Shown here: positions 8,307-17,229 of the stretch, piece by piece | Numbering within the stretch: position 1 is the first letter of the stretch | How the letters are laid out: each line of letters starts with the position of its first letter | Assembly (NCBI RefSeq): GCF_008189525.1 | Contig: NZ_CP043314.1 | Span: 540,001-572,000 of the forward strand | Reading direction: 5' to 3' | Length of the DNA stretch: 32,000 bases | Source of the DNA: Candidatus Saccharimonadota bacterium | Lineage (GTDB): Bacteria > Pseudomonadota > Alphaproteobacteria > CAJXXZ01 > 1604HC | The notes under the pieces: model-generated | Databases searched by the model: none | Told to the model about the DNA's origin: nothing | The model's input: only the letters and a program-made list of their open reading frames with translations | Translations under genes and position numbers: made by a program

Positions 8307-9779
8307 GTGAATATCGAAGTGCAAATTCACATCAGCAGAGGATTGCCAGCATTTAATATAGTTGGACTTCCGGACAAAACAATAGGAGAGTCTAAAGAAA
8401 GAATTAGAGCTGCTTTGCAGTCAATAGGGTTCGCCTTGCCTGCAAAAAGAATAATAATAAATATGTCTCCAGCAGACATACCAAAAGAAGGAAATCATTA
8501 TGATCTACCAATAACAATAGGCATAATGGCAGCTTTGGAAATAATACCTGAGCATGTCTGCAGTAATTGGATAATTATGGGAGAATTAGGTCTAGATGGA
8601 AGCATAATCAATGTAAAAGGATCTATAATTGCTTCCTTGCATGCAAAAAGCAACAATAAGGGCATTATATGCCCTGCAGAGTGTGGACCAGAATGTAAAT
8701 TTGCAACTGATATACCCGTAATAGCAGCAGGACACCTGATCCAAATAATAAACCATTTCAATGGAACGCAGGTTTGCAAAGAACCAGAGAAGATGCAGAT
8801 ATTAGAAACTGAAAACAGCTTAGATTTTAAGGATGTAAAAGGACATGAATCTATAAAGAGAGCTCTAGAGATTGCTGCTGCTGGAAGGCATCACGCTTTG
8901 TTAATAGGATCACCCGGAGCAGGAAAATCAATGCTTTCAAGCCGAATAAGTACAATTCTACCAGATATGGAAATAAGCGAAGCAATAGAAGTTTATAAAA
9001 TATATAGCATGTCAAACATATCTAATCAGAGCTTTTCTCTGAAAAACAGGCCGTTCAGAAGCCCTCATCACAATTCTTCTTTGTCTGCAATGGTAGGAGG
9101 TGGATACAAGTGTAAGCCTGGAGAAATATCTCTAGCCCATAATGGAGTACTGTTTATGGACGAACTTTCTCTGTGGAAATCTGATGTACTAAATGGAATA
9201 AGGGAGGCTCTTGAAAGTGGAAAAATAAATATTTCTAGAGCAAACTCTAAAATAGAGTACCCTTCTAGTTTTCATTTAATAGCTGCTATGAATCCTTGCA
9301 GTTGTGGAAATGCGTATGACATAAAAAACATATGTTCTAAATTTCCAAAATGCCATCAAGATTATATATCAAAAATACCAGGACCAATATGGGATAGATT
9401 CGGAATCATAATATCAGTTCCTAAACTTGCACCTTGGGAGCTAAGCAGCTCAAAGTCTAAGTCTAAATCTAGCTTTGAAATGAAAGAAAGTATAAAAAAA
9501 GCTATAGATTTTCAAAAGTCTAGATATAAGGACTGCAAATTTAAATTCAATCATGACATAAACTCATCAGAAATAAAGATGCTGAATATAACAGAAAGTG
9601 CTATAGACTGCTTAAACATAATATCTGAAAAAAGAGGAGTCTCTTCCAGGAGATATTATAATACACTTAAAATAGCAAGAACTATTGCAGATCTGGATCA
9701 GTCAGAAAGCGTAGAGACACTACACATGAAAGAATCAATAAGTTACTGTCTAGTAAATCAAGTAGTAAATATAAAATAA
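8307..9779 (+). CDS. comM: Mg-chelatase-like ATPase YifB/ComM
   Basis: Motifs are SRGLPAFNIVGLPD, Walker A GSPGAGKSM, Walker B GVLFMDEL, and a C-terminal RRYYNTLKIARTIADLD block. Family-like sequence (KAHTVSFQGVDAV) continues upstream of GTG 8307 to the stop at 8253-8255. The true start is probably near 8259-8268 (ATT). Confidence 0.9.
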   Translation: MNIEVQIHISRGLPAFNIVGLPDKTIGESKERIRAALQSIGFALPAKRIIINMSPADIPKEGNHYDLPITIGIMAALEIIPEHVCSNWIIMGELGLDGSIINVKGSIIASLHAKSNNKGIICPAECGPECKFATDIPVIAAGHLIQIINHFNGTQVCKEPEKMQILETENSLDFKDVKGHESIKRALEIAAAGRHHALLIGSPGAGKSMLSSRISTILPDMEISEAIEVYKIYSMSNISNQSFSLKNRPFRSPHHNSSLSAMVGGGYKCKPGEISLAHNGVLFMDELSLWKSDVLNGIREALESGKINISRANSKIEYPSSFHLIAAMNPCSCGNAYDIKNICSKFPKCHQDYISKIPGPIWDRFGIIISVPKLAPWELSSSKSKSKSSFEMKESIKKAIDFQKSRYKDCKFKFNHDINSSEIKMLNITESAIDCLNIISEKRGVSSRRYYNTLKIARTIADLDQSESVETLHMKESISYCLVNQVVNIK

Positions 9780-10092
9780 TCTGGTAATAAAAAACATAAC
9801 CAATTTCTATTCAAAAAATGCACAATAAAATAAATATAACATATAGAGTTAATGTTGCTTTGTTAGTGATAGATGGCTATATTTTTATTTCCTACACAAA
9901 AAAATGAAACTCAACATACTGGAATCCAATGATAAACAATAAATCACACCCTCTATCATGAAATATTAATTAAGCTCTTTATACAAAGATAAACAGCCAT
10001 GAATCTATTTATAACACTAAATACAGTGCTTCAGCAGTGTTAATTAATTCATGTTTTTAGTAAAATACATATAAAATGAAAGGATTGATTAC

Positions 10093-10488
10093 ATGTCTTG
10101 CTCAACTGAAAACACTTACAACCAAAATATACCATTTAAAAGAGAGGATTTTGTAGCGCCAGAATTTACTGCAAATGCTATTAAAGCTATTAAAGATAAC
10201 TTTGATAATTACTACAAAGAAAAAAATGTTATGCCACTTGGAATAAAAATCATGACAGAAAGAGGTGGATGCTCTGGACTTGAATATAAAATGGAATACA
10301 TATTTGAAGAAAGTGAAGACAAAGTTAAAGAAATAGATGGAGTTGGAATTTTTATTCCTAATGATTCAATGGGGCATTTGAATGGATCACAAATAGACTT
10401 TGAAGAAACAGCAATATCTGCAGGTTTTATATTCAAAAACCCAAATGAAAAGTGCAAATGCGCTTGCGGAAGTTCATTTAACGCTTAA
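10093..10488 (+). CDS. iscA: Fe-S cluster insertion/carrier protein of the HesB/IscA/ErpA family
   Basis: The three conserved cysteines sit in family context: GGCSGLEY and the C-terminal CKCACGSSF. Confidence 0.85.
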   Translation: MSCSTENTYNQNIPFKREDFVAPEFTANAIKAIKDNFDNYYKEKNVMPLGIKIMTERGGCSGLEYKMEYIFEESEDKVKEIDGVGIFIPNDSMGHLNGSQIDFEETAISAGFIFKNPNEKCKCACGSSFNA

Positions 10489-10489
10489 T

Positions 10490-11050
10490 ATGTCTGTACC
10501 TAAAATAAACAGAGGAAAATTCAAGATGAAAACCATACCTGTCTTGAATCCTGCTAGACCACCTCTTTCATCCACCAGAGTAATGATATTCGACACATTA
10601 GAGCACATGCATGAAATAAAAAATGTAGCAGATATATGCTGTGGAAGTGGGTCTATGGGATTAGAAGCTATTTCAAGAGGTGCTGAATTCTGTATTTTTA
10701 TAGATAACAACATACCAATTATAAGAAATGTTTGTAGCACCATAAAAGAATGGGGTGTAAATGCAACAGGGCTTGTTTCGAATGCAGAAAAGATAGACAA
10801 AAATATAGTAAAAGTCAAAGTAAATGTACCTAAAATAGATACAGTTTTCATAGATCTACCGTTCAAAAATGAAAAAACAAATAGTGTTTTAGAGTCAATT
10901 AAAAACTCTGAGATGTGCTCTAATGACTGTGTTTATGTGATCAGGTCACATAAAAAGCATGATTTTAATCATGAGTCTTTCGAGGCTGTAAAAGAAAAAA
11001 GAAAAGGTATTTCTAAAATAATTATATTAAAATTAAAGCAAGACTTATAA
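10490..11050 (+). CDS. rsmD: 16S rRNA (guanine-N2)-methyltransferase RsmD-like
   Basis: It has the SAM motif DICCGSGSMGLEAISRGA and the N-terminal block RPPLSSTRVMIFDTL, which resembles the RsmD RPT..R.RE.LFN block. I place the start at ATG 10490 (MSVPKINRGKF), 1 nt after the iscA stop. The tracked ORF start at 10400 overlaps iscA and is rejected. Motif IV reads DLPF rather than DPPF. Confidence 0.75.
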   Translation: MSVPKINRGKFKMKTIPVLNPARPPLSSTRVMIFDTLEHMHEIKNVADICCGSGSMGLEAISRGAEFCIFIDNNIPIIRNVCSTIKEWGVNATGLVSNAEKIDKNIVKVKVNVPKIDTVFIDLPFKNEKTNSVLESIKNSEMCSNDCVYVIRSHKKHDFNHESFEAVKEKRKGISKIIILKLKQDL

Positions 11051-11475
11051 GATTTACAAGTAGAGATACTTTCATCATACAAAAACAATCAAATTTAAAT
11101 AAAGTTATATTTATTTAAATTATTCAAAAGATTCAGGTTTATTAAATAAAATCAAACATATTAGGTAGTTCTAGGGAAATAAAATTAACTTGATGTATGG
11201 TTTATATTGGTAATAATTTATTGAATGTATATAAAAAAACTGGGAAATCAAAAACAATTCTTTCCTGATTTTGTTATGAATTTTTCATCAGTATATAGAT
11301 TTTTTAGCAGAACTTTCTACTTCTATCTTTATTATATTACTTTTGTTACAGTTTTCTAAAATAAAACTATTCATTCCTTAGAGTTAATTAACTTATATAA
11401 ATAAAGCTATAACTTTCTTCTTAGTAATATAAATAACCCTCTGAATTGATCTCAAAACAATTTTATATTCTGGAT

Positions 11476-11889
11476 TTATTTAGAATTACTTTTTTTCTCT
11501 TTTATGTTCTCTATAGCACCTCTAATAGCACCTTCTGCCAAAACGGAACAGTGAGTTTTAATTGGAGGAAGTTCTAAATTACTTGCAATTGACTTGTTAG
11601 TAATTTTCTCTGCTTCAGATAATGTCTTTCCCTTAACTAGCTTTGTCAAATGAGATCCAGATGCTATTGCAGAACCACATCCAAATATCTGAAAACTAGA
11701 ATCAACTATTACCTGATCTTCTAAAGATTTATTCGGATCGTTTTCTATTCTTATAAAAAGCTTAAGAACATCACCACAAGATGGAGATCCAACAAAACCC
11801 ATGCCTACAGCTGGGTCATTCTCATCCATAGAACCAGTGTTAGCTGGATTTTGGAATTCAGTATTTATTTTTGTATTATATTTGTGCAT
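11476..11889 (-). CDS. iscU: Fe-S cluster assembly scaffold IscU
   Basis: The three scaffold cysteines are present: GSPSCGDVLKL, GCGSAIAS and HCSVLAEGA. It lies immediately downstream of iscS on the same strand. Confidence 0.92.
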   Translation of the reverse strand: MHKYNTKINTEFQNPANTGSMDENDPAVGMGFVGSPSCGDVLKLFIRIENDPNKSLEDQVIVDSSFQIFGCGSAIASGSHLTKLVKGKTLSEAEKITNKSIASNLELPPIKTHCSVLAEGAIRGAIENIKEKKSNSK

Positions 11890-11906
11890 TTTCTACCCCT
11901 CTCTTT

Positions 11907-13349
11907 TTAATGATGATCATGCCATTCAACTGTTTTTAAGTCTATACCTTTTTTCTTCATATCCCACAAAGGGCTTATATTTCTCAAAAAGTTTACACTC
12001 TCAATCAAGTCATTTGTAAAGTTTTTCATATCTTCCATAGTTGTGTATCGACCCATAACCATTCTAAGTGAAGTATGAATCAAATCTTCATCTACTCCGA
12101 TAGCAGACAGAACATAAGATGGCTGCAGTGTTTGGGAAGAACATGCAGAGGCAGAAGACATCGCGTACTTTTCCATTTTCATCATCAAGCTTTCACCTTC
12201 TACACAAGCAAAACTAATATTCACATTATGTGGAATCCTACTATTCATATCTCCATTTATAAAAATATCAGATATTGAATTGTTTAAATTACTTAGCAAG
12301 TAATCCTGCATCTCTTTCATTCTAATATTCTCGGATTCTAAATCTTTTGTTGAGAATTCAGCTGCTTTAGCAAGCCCAAGACAAAGCTGAGGAGATATAG
12401 TTCCAGACCTAACTCCTCTTTCTTGCTTTCCACCATCAATAATAGAATCCACTCTAGTTCTTTTTTTGATATATAAAGCACCTATTCCTTTAGGTCCATA
12501 AAACTTGTGAGCAGAAAAACTAACCATAGTTGCTTTGCATTTTTTTACATCAACATCAATTCTTCCTAAAGCTTGTGCAGCATCTATATGGAAATATATA
12601 TTTTTTTCCTCACATATATTGCCTATCTCTTCTATTGGTTGTATTACCCCTATCTCAGAGTTTACCCAACTAATGCTAATTATAACTGTATTACTTTTTA
12701 TAGATTTTTTAAGTTTCTCTATATCTAAAAGACCTGTTTTCTTTTCAACTTCTAAATAAGTTACTTCTACACCCTGCTTTTCCAAGGTATGACAAGTTTC
12801 CAAAGTTGCTTTGTGCTCTATGTTTGTAGTAATTATATGTGGATTTTCTAATCCATTTCTTCTTCTATTACTAATAACTCCTTTAAGAGCTAAGTTATTT
12901 GCCTCTGTAGCACCTGATGTAAAAACTATCTCCTTAGATTCAGCTCCTATTATTGATGCGAATTTTGCCCTACTAGATTCTACTAAATCTGTTGCATTCC
13001 AACCATACATATGTGTTATGGAATGAGGGTTGGCAAAAATTTTATAACTTTGAGACATTACATCTACCACCGATGGATCACAAGGTGTTGTGGCACTATA
13101 GTCTAAATATACACCATCTCCAAATGACTCTTCTCTATAAACAGAGTCAAAAGATTTATCTGAAGAAAAATCCTCAAACCTTGTTTTCTTCTGACTTACA
13201 TTTTTCTGTTTTGTATTTTTTTGATTTACGACTTCTTCTTTAACAAAATTATCTCCATAAAGATTATCTTGTGTATCTCTCTGATTATTCTTTTCATTGT
13301 CAATAATCTCATTTGAGTTAAAAGCTACAAACTTATCTTTGATATTCAC
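11907..13349 (-). CDS. iscS: Cysteine desulfurase IscS with an N-terminal extension of about 76 aa
   Basis: Motifs are YLDYSATTP, the PLP-lysine motif SFSAHKFYGPKGIGAL and the active-site loop SSASACSS. The C-terminus EWHDHH resembles the E. coli IscS ending EWAHH. GTG 13349 is the only in-frame canonical start upstream of YLDYSATTP. Confidence 0.92.
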   Translation of the reverse strand: MNIKDKFVAFNSNEIIDNEKNNQRDTQDNLYGDNFVKEEVVNQKNTKQKNVSQKKTRFEDFSSDKSFDSVYREESFGDGVYLDYSATTPCDPSVVDVMSQSYKIFANPHSITHMYGWNATDLVESSRAKFASIIGAESKEIVFTSGATEANNLALKGVISNRRRNGLENPHIITTNIEHKATLETCHTLEKQGVEVTYLEVEKKTGLLDIEKLKKSIKSNTVIISISWVNSEIGVIQPIEEIGNICEEKNIYFHIDAAQALGRIDVDVKKCKATMVSFSAHKFYGPKGIGALYIKKRTRVDSIIDGGKQERGVRSGTISPQLCLGLAKAAEFSTKDLESENIRMKEMQDYLLSNLNNSISDIFINGDMNSRIPHNVNISFACVEGESLMMKMEKYAMSSASACSSQTLQPSYVLSAIGVDEDLIHTSLRMVMGRYTTMEDMKNFTNDLIESVNFLRNISPLWDMKKKGIDLKTVEWHDHH

Positions 13350-13526
13350 GCAGAAATTCTAAGTTATTTCTCTTTTCAAATCAATGAGAAAATTATTAAA
13401 ATCAATTTGTATAGCATTTTGCTTTGTTTTTATGTTTTGCAATTAATGTGGTTTTTGACACAATACAACTAAAGTGTTAACTTTTTGTTGATTATTGGGC
13501 TATTTTAATATACAATTTAAACTAAG

Positions 13527-14297
13527 GTGAATTTTATTAAAAATAGGTTATCATTTAAAGGCTTCGACCCCTTTTCTCTGAACGGAAATCTTTACTCTGT
13601 AGTTATAAACACGGAAGAAGGACTTTTAGAAGGGAGATATTTTGAATCTTTAAAAGAAAACAGGCAACCAAAGTCAGTAGCTCTTGTACTACATCCAGAT
13701 CCCAAGAAAAATGGGTCAATGAACAATAAAGTCGTAAAATCCATGTTCAATGCGTTTGCAGCACTAGGATTTGATGTTTTAAGGTTCAACTTTAGAGGAG
13801 TAGGGAAATCTAAAGGGAAAATATCAAAAGATGAAGATCAAAATCTAAAAGATGCATTGAAATGCATGGATTGGTTAATATCGAAGCATGAAGAAATTTG
13901 TAACGCGTGGATAGCTGGTTTTGCTTTTGGAGGATTTATAGGAATGAAAGCTGTAATGAGAAGGCCTGACATAACTGGCTTTGTATTAGCAAGCCCAACA
14001 GCGGAAACAAGCTCTCTAAACATGCTTACCCCCTGCCCAGACGGTATAGTTGTAGCTGGAGGGAAAGACACATTCTCTGAAGAAAATCATGCATATGAAC
14101 TTTCTAAAGCTTTACTAAATCAGAGCAACTCTGAAATAGAACTAGAGTACTTACCAGAATCAGATCACTATTTTTCAAATCACGAAGACCTGCTTAGACA
14201 GAAAATAGAAAGCTTTGTAAAAAAGAGAATCAGAACTCCTTCAGAAATCATAACTGTAAAGAGAAAAAGAAAAAAACAATCTAAATCTGCTGAATAA
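13527..14297 (+). CDS. Alpha/beta-hydrolase-fold protein (COG2945-like) with Ala at the nucleophile position
   Basis: Fold blocks are LHPDPKKNGSMNNKVV, LRFNFRGVGKSKG, GGKDTF and ESDHYF. The nucleophile elbow reads G-F-A-F-G. The start is GTG. Confidence 0.65.
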   Translation: MNFIKNRLSFKGFDPFSLNGNLYSVVINTEEGLLEGRYFESLKENRQPKSVALVLHPDPKKNGSMNNKVVKSMFNAFAALGFDVLRFNFRGVGKSKGKISKDEDQNLKDALKCMDWLISKHEEICNAWIAGFAFGGFIGMKAVMRRPDITGFVLASPTAETSSLNMLTPCPDGIVVAGGKDTFSEENHAYELSKALLNQSNSEIELEYLPESDHYFSNHEDLLRQKIESFVKKRIRTPSEIITVKRKRKKQSKSAE

Positions 14298-14470
14298 TAA
14301 ATGTATATTCAGCGCATTTAGTTCGCACAAAACATAAAACAACTACCAATCCACTACAAACATATACTCTATAAACTTTATGTTCCATTATCTACATAAC
14401 ACCCACAAATAAAACCAAAAACATCCACAAACAAAAAAAATAATACTGAGAGCCTTTAAAACATTGCTTA

Positions 14471-15310
14471 ATGCAAAAAAAGAAATCAAAATTAAGCAAC
14501 ATGCCAAAAGAAATCAAAATTAACAAAATAAAATCAGAAGTAATACCAGCGTGCATCACTCCATTTGATGAACACTTAAATATAGACTATGCATCTTTGA
14601 GGAATGTAATTCAAAATTTTTCAGAATCTGGAATAGAAACCATAGCCCTTGCTGGAACAACAGGAGAAGGAGTAACTCTTACAAAAGAAGAGAAAAACTC
14701 TCTAATACATTTTTCTAAAACACATTTTCCAGAAATAAAGGTTATAACATGCATTACTGATTTTCGAGAAACAGACATAAATTATGCAAGAAATGCAGAT
14801 TGCATCATGTTCACACCGCAACTTTTCATAAAACCATCCAAGGAATCTTTTTTCAAATATGCAGAGAAAATATGCTCATTTAATGAAAATATAATTTTAT
14901 ACAACAATCCTTCTAGAATAGGATTTGATGCTTCAGAGCATTACGAAGAGCTGTACAGAGATTTTAAAAACATAATTGGAATAAAGGAATGCGCTGATTT
15001 TTCAGAAATAGCAAAATACCCTAAATGGAAATGGTTTTGCGGAAATGATGAGAATTACTTTGCATGCATTAAAAATAAATTCAATGGAATAATAAGCTCA
15101 ACTGCAAACATTTGCCCAAAAATAGCTGTAAAACTAGAAAATGAAGAACTATGGAATAATTCTGCAAAGCAATTGTTTTCTATACCAAATCCTGCTGCAA
15201 TAAAGCTAATCCTAAAACAAAGAGGGATAATAAAAACAAGTAAAATGAGGTTTGCAATATACGAAGACTCAAAAGAACAAGAAATATTGAATCACAAATA
15301 CGGTAATTGA
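14471..15310 (+). CDS. dapA: DapA/DHDPS-family class I aldolase, probably 4-hydroxy-tetrahydrodipicolinate synthase
   Basis: Motifs are ITPF, AGTTGEG, YNNPSRIG (the Tyr133/Arg138 equivalents) and GIKE (the Schiff-base Lys). The start could also be Met11 at 14501. Confidence 0.75.
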   Translation: MQKKKSKLSNMPKEIKINKIKSEVIPACITPFDEHLNIDYASLRNVIQNFSESGIETIALAGTTGEGVTLTKEEKNSLIHFSKTHFPEIKVITCITDFRETDINYARNADCIMFTPQLFIKPSKESFFKYAEKICSFNENIILYNNPSRIGFDASEHYEELYRDFKNIIGIKECADFSEIAKYPKWKWFCGNDENYFACIKNKFNGIISSTANICPKIAVKLENEELWNNSAKQLFSIPNPAAIKLILKQRGIIKTSKMRFAIYEDSKEQEILNHKYGN

Positions 15311-15378
15311 AATAATAAAAGATTAAATCACAAATGCTTTACAAAAAATTCAAAACAAATAACATACAAAACAGAAAT

Positions 15379-15383
15379 GGAGG
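15379..15383 (+). promoter_or_regulatory. Shine-Dalgarno sequence (GGAGG) for smpB
   Basis: GGAGG lies 5 nt upstream of ATG 15389. Confidence 0.6.
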
Positions 15384-15388
15384 AATGA

Positions 15389-15814
15389 ATGCTTAACAAT
15401 AGAAAAGCTTTTTTCAATTATGAGATACTAGACAAATATGATGCAGGAATATCTCTTAAAGGATCAGAGGTAAAGCGCTTAAGAGAAGGATCTGGAGACA
15501 TATCTTGCAGCCACATTATGATAAAGAATGAAGAAGCATTTATATTGGGAATGAACATAAACAATCTATCCAAGAACGATTGCTTTGATTCAAAAAGAGA
15601 TAGGAAGCTTTTGCTAAGGAAAAAAGAAATCAGATCATTATTTTCTAAATCTAGGGAAAAGCAATTCACAATAATTCCAATAAAAGTGTTTTTCATGAAA
15701 GGATTTGCAAAAATACAAATAGCTCTTGCAAAAGGTTTAAAGAAATATGACAAAAGGAAAAAGATAATAGATAAAGAAATAATAAGAGAAAAAAGAAACC
15801 AAACTTCTTTTTAA
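15389..15814 (+). CDS. smpB: SsrA (tmRNA)-binding protein SmpB
   Basis: Motifs are NRKAFFNYEILDKYDAGISLKGSEVKRLREG, RKLLLRKKEI and GFAKIQIALAKG, followed by a basic C-terminal tail. Confidence 0.92.
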   Translation: MLNNRKAFFNYEILDKYDAGISLKGSEVKRLREGSGDISCSHIMIKNEEAFILGMNINNLSKNDCFDSKRDRKLLLRKKEIRSLFSKSREKQFTIIPIKVFFMKGFAKIQIALAKGLKKYDKRKKIIDKEIIREKRNQTSF

Positions 15815-16021
15815 AGTAAATTATTTAATATTTTAGTAAAATAATCTTACTATTCTCAATACTTCTCAAAATAATATTACAAAACACCTCTAAAGACATA
15901 AAAGACACAAACATAAAGCTTTATTTAAATTCAAATAAGTTTCTGTACAAAACTATTTATGTGTTTATAAATATACAAATAAAACCAAATAATGTAGAAT
16001 CTAGCTATTCAGACAGGTGAA

Positions 16022-16960
16022 ATGAAATTTTCTAAAAAACTACCACTTTTTGTGTCAACATCTTTTTACTGTACATTTTTTTTAACGGCATTGCTTTGTT
16101 TTTCTAAGCCTAAAAAAACAACATTTATTATACCAAACAGCAAAAACTTATCAGATAGATATAGAAAAACAAAGAAAAATTTATCATTTCCTATAATAAC
16201 AAACATTTTTATATCTACTTTTCATATAAAAAGAGGTGAATATAGTGGAGGAAGCAATCTTCAGCTCTTATTAAATATGTTACTCAACAAGCAAGTTATG
16301 AGAAAAATAACATTTCCTGAGGGCATGTCTTCTGTGCAAATATATGACACTTTGAAAGAACGAGAAGACCTAACTGGAGAAATAAAACACACACCTGAAG
16401 AAGGAACTCTGTACAACTCAACATATGTATACACACTACACTCAGATAGAAATCAATTAATAAGAAAAATGGAAGAAGAGTTTGTCAAAGCTTCAGAAGA
16501 TATTTTTAAAAACTCATATTCAATCTGGAAAAATAAAAAAGATTGGATAACATTTGCTTCAATAATAGAGAAAGAGGGAAAAGAGAAAGAAGAAAAAGAA
16601 AAAATTGCATCAGTATTTCTAAACAGAATAAAAAGAGGTATGAAATTTGAATCATGTGCAACAGTTTTATACTTCAAAACACAAGGAAAATACAATCTAA
16701 ACAAGCTAATGTTCAAAGATCTATTAGAAAAAAATCCTTTCAATACATACAGAAACAAAGGACTTCCTCCAAAACCAATCACGAATCCAAGCGTAGAATC
16801 TTTGCTTATAGCTTTAAATCCTAAGCCAACTGAAAACTTATTCTTTTTCATAAGGGATAATAAAACTATATTTTCAAAACGCTTCTCTAATCATGTTAAG
16901 AAAAAATCAAAACAAAACAGTAAAAATATTAAGACTAATAAGCAGAACATTACACCTTAA
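16022..16960 (+). CDS. mltG: Endolytic murein transglycosylase MltG (YceG family)
   Basis: It has an N-terminal transmembrane segment. Family blocks are FPEGMSSVQIYD, ASIIEKEG (catalytic Glu context), ASVFLNRIKRGMKFESCATVLY and NTYRNKGLPPKPITNPS. Confidence 0.85.
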   Translation: MKFSKKLPLFVSTSFYCTFFLTALLCFSKPKKTTFIIPNSKNLSDRYRKTKKNLSFPIITNIFISTFHIKRGEYSGGSNLQLLLNMLLNKQVMRKITFPEGMSSVQIYDTLKEREDLTGEIKHTPEEGTLYNSTYVYTLHSDRNQLIRKMEEEFVKASEDIFKNSYSIWKNKKDWITFASIIEKEGKEKEEKEKIASVFLNRIKRGMKFESCATVLYFKTQGKYNLNKLMFKDLLEKNPFNTYRNKGLPPKPITNPSVESLLIALNPKPTENLFFFIRDNKTIFSKRFSNHVKKKSKQNSKNIKTNKQNITP

Positions 16961-17229
16961 GCTAGTAAGAGCAATAAAGAATAATATAAATAATCCACAA
17001 AAAAGAATGATGCTTATTTGTAAACAACTTTATTTACTAGCACAGTTTTTATAATTTAATATTTTCATGCTTGCTAGATATGATAAATTCCATTCTAGAT
17101 AAAAAAAGATATAGAAAATAGACTCAAAAGTCTATAAAACTAAGCATATATTTTGATTCCAAATGTTTACCAGAATGATAAACAAAATGTAAATAAATTA
17201 CAGAAATTTCATAGAGATCTTAAACTAAA

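Noticed and set aside
10400-10489. Upstream extension of the rsmD ORF (tracked start at 10400)
   Set aside because: It overlaps the conserved C-terminus of iscA in another frame. The RsmD family similarity begins after Met31 (ATG 10490), which sits 1 nt after the iscA stop.
13455-13516. Sigma-70-like promoter elements in the iscS/hydrolase divergent spacer: TTGACA-17nt-TAACTT, and TTGATT-17nt-TACAAT
   Set aside because: The first has a poor -10 element. The second would leave almost no leader before GTG 13527. AT-rich spacers generate many such hexamers, so this cannot be supported without TSS data.
14347-14429. G-depleted CA-rich tract upstream of dapA with CCACA-containing words (caATCCACt at 14347-14355, acATCCACA at 14421-14429), plus a lone 8/9 DnaA box TAATCCACA at 16991-16999
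   Set aside because: The matches are at most 7/9 apart from the isolated 16991 site. They are not clustered with AT-rich unwinding repeats in a recognisable oriC layout. They are more likely compositional.
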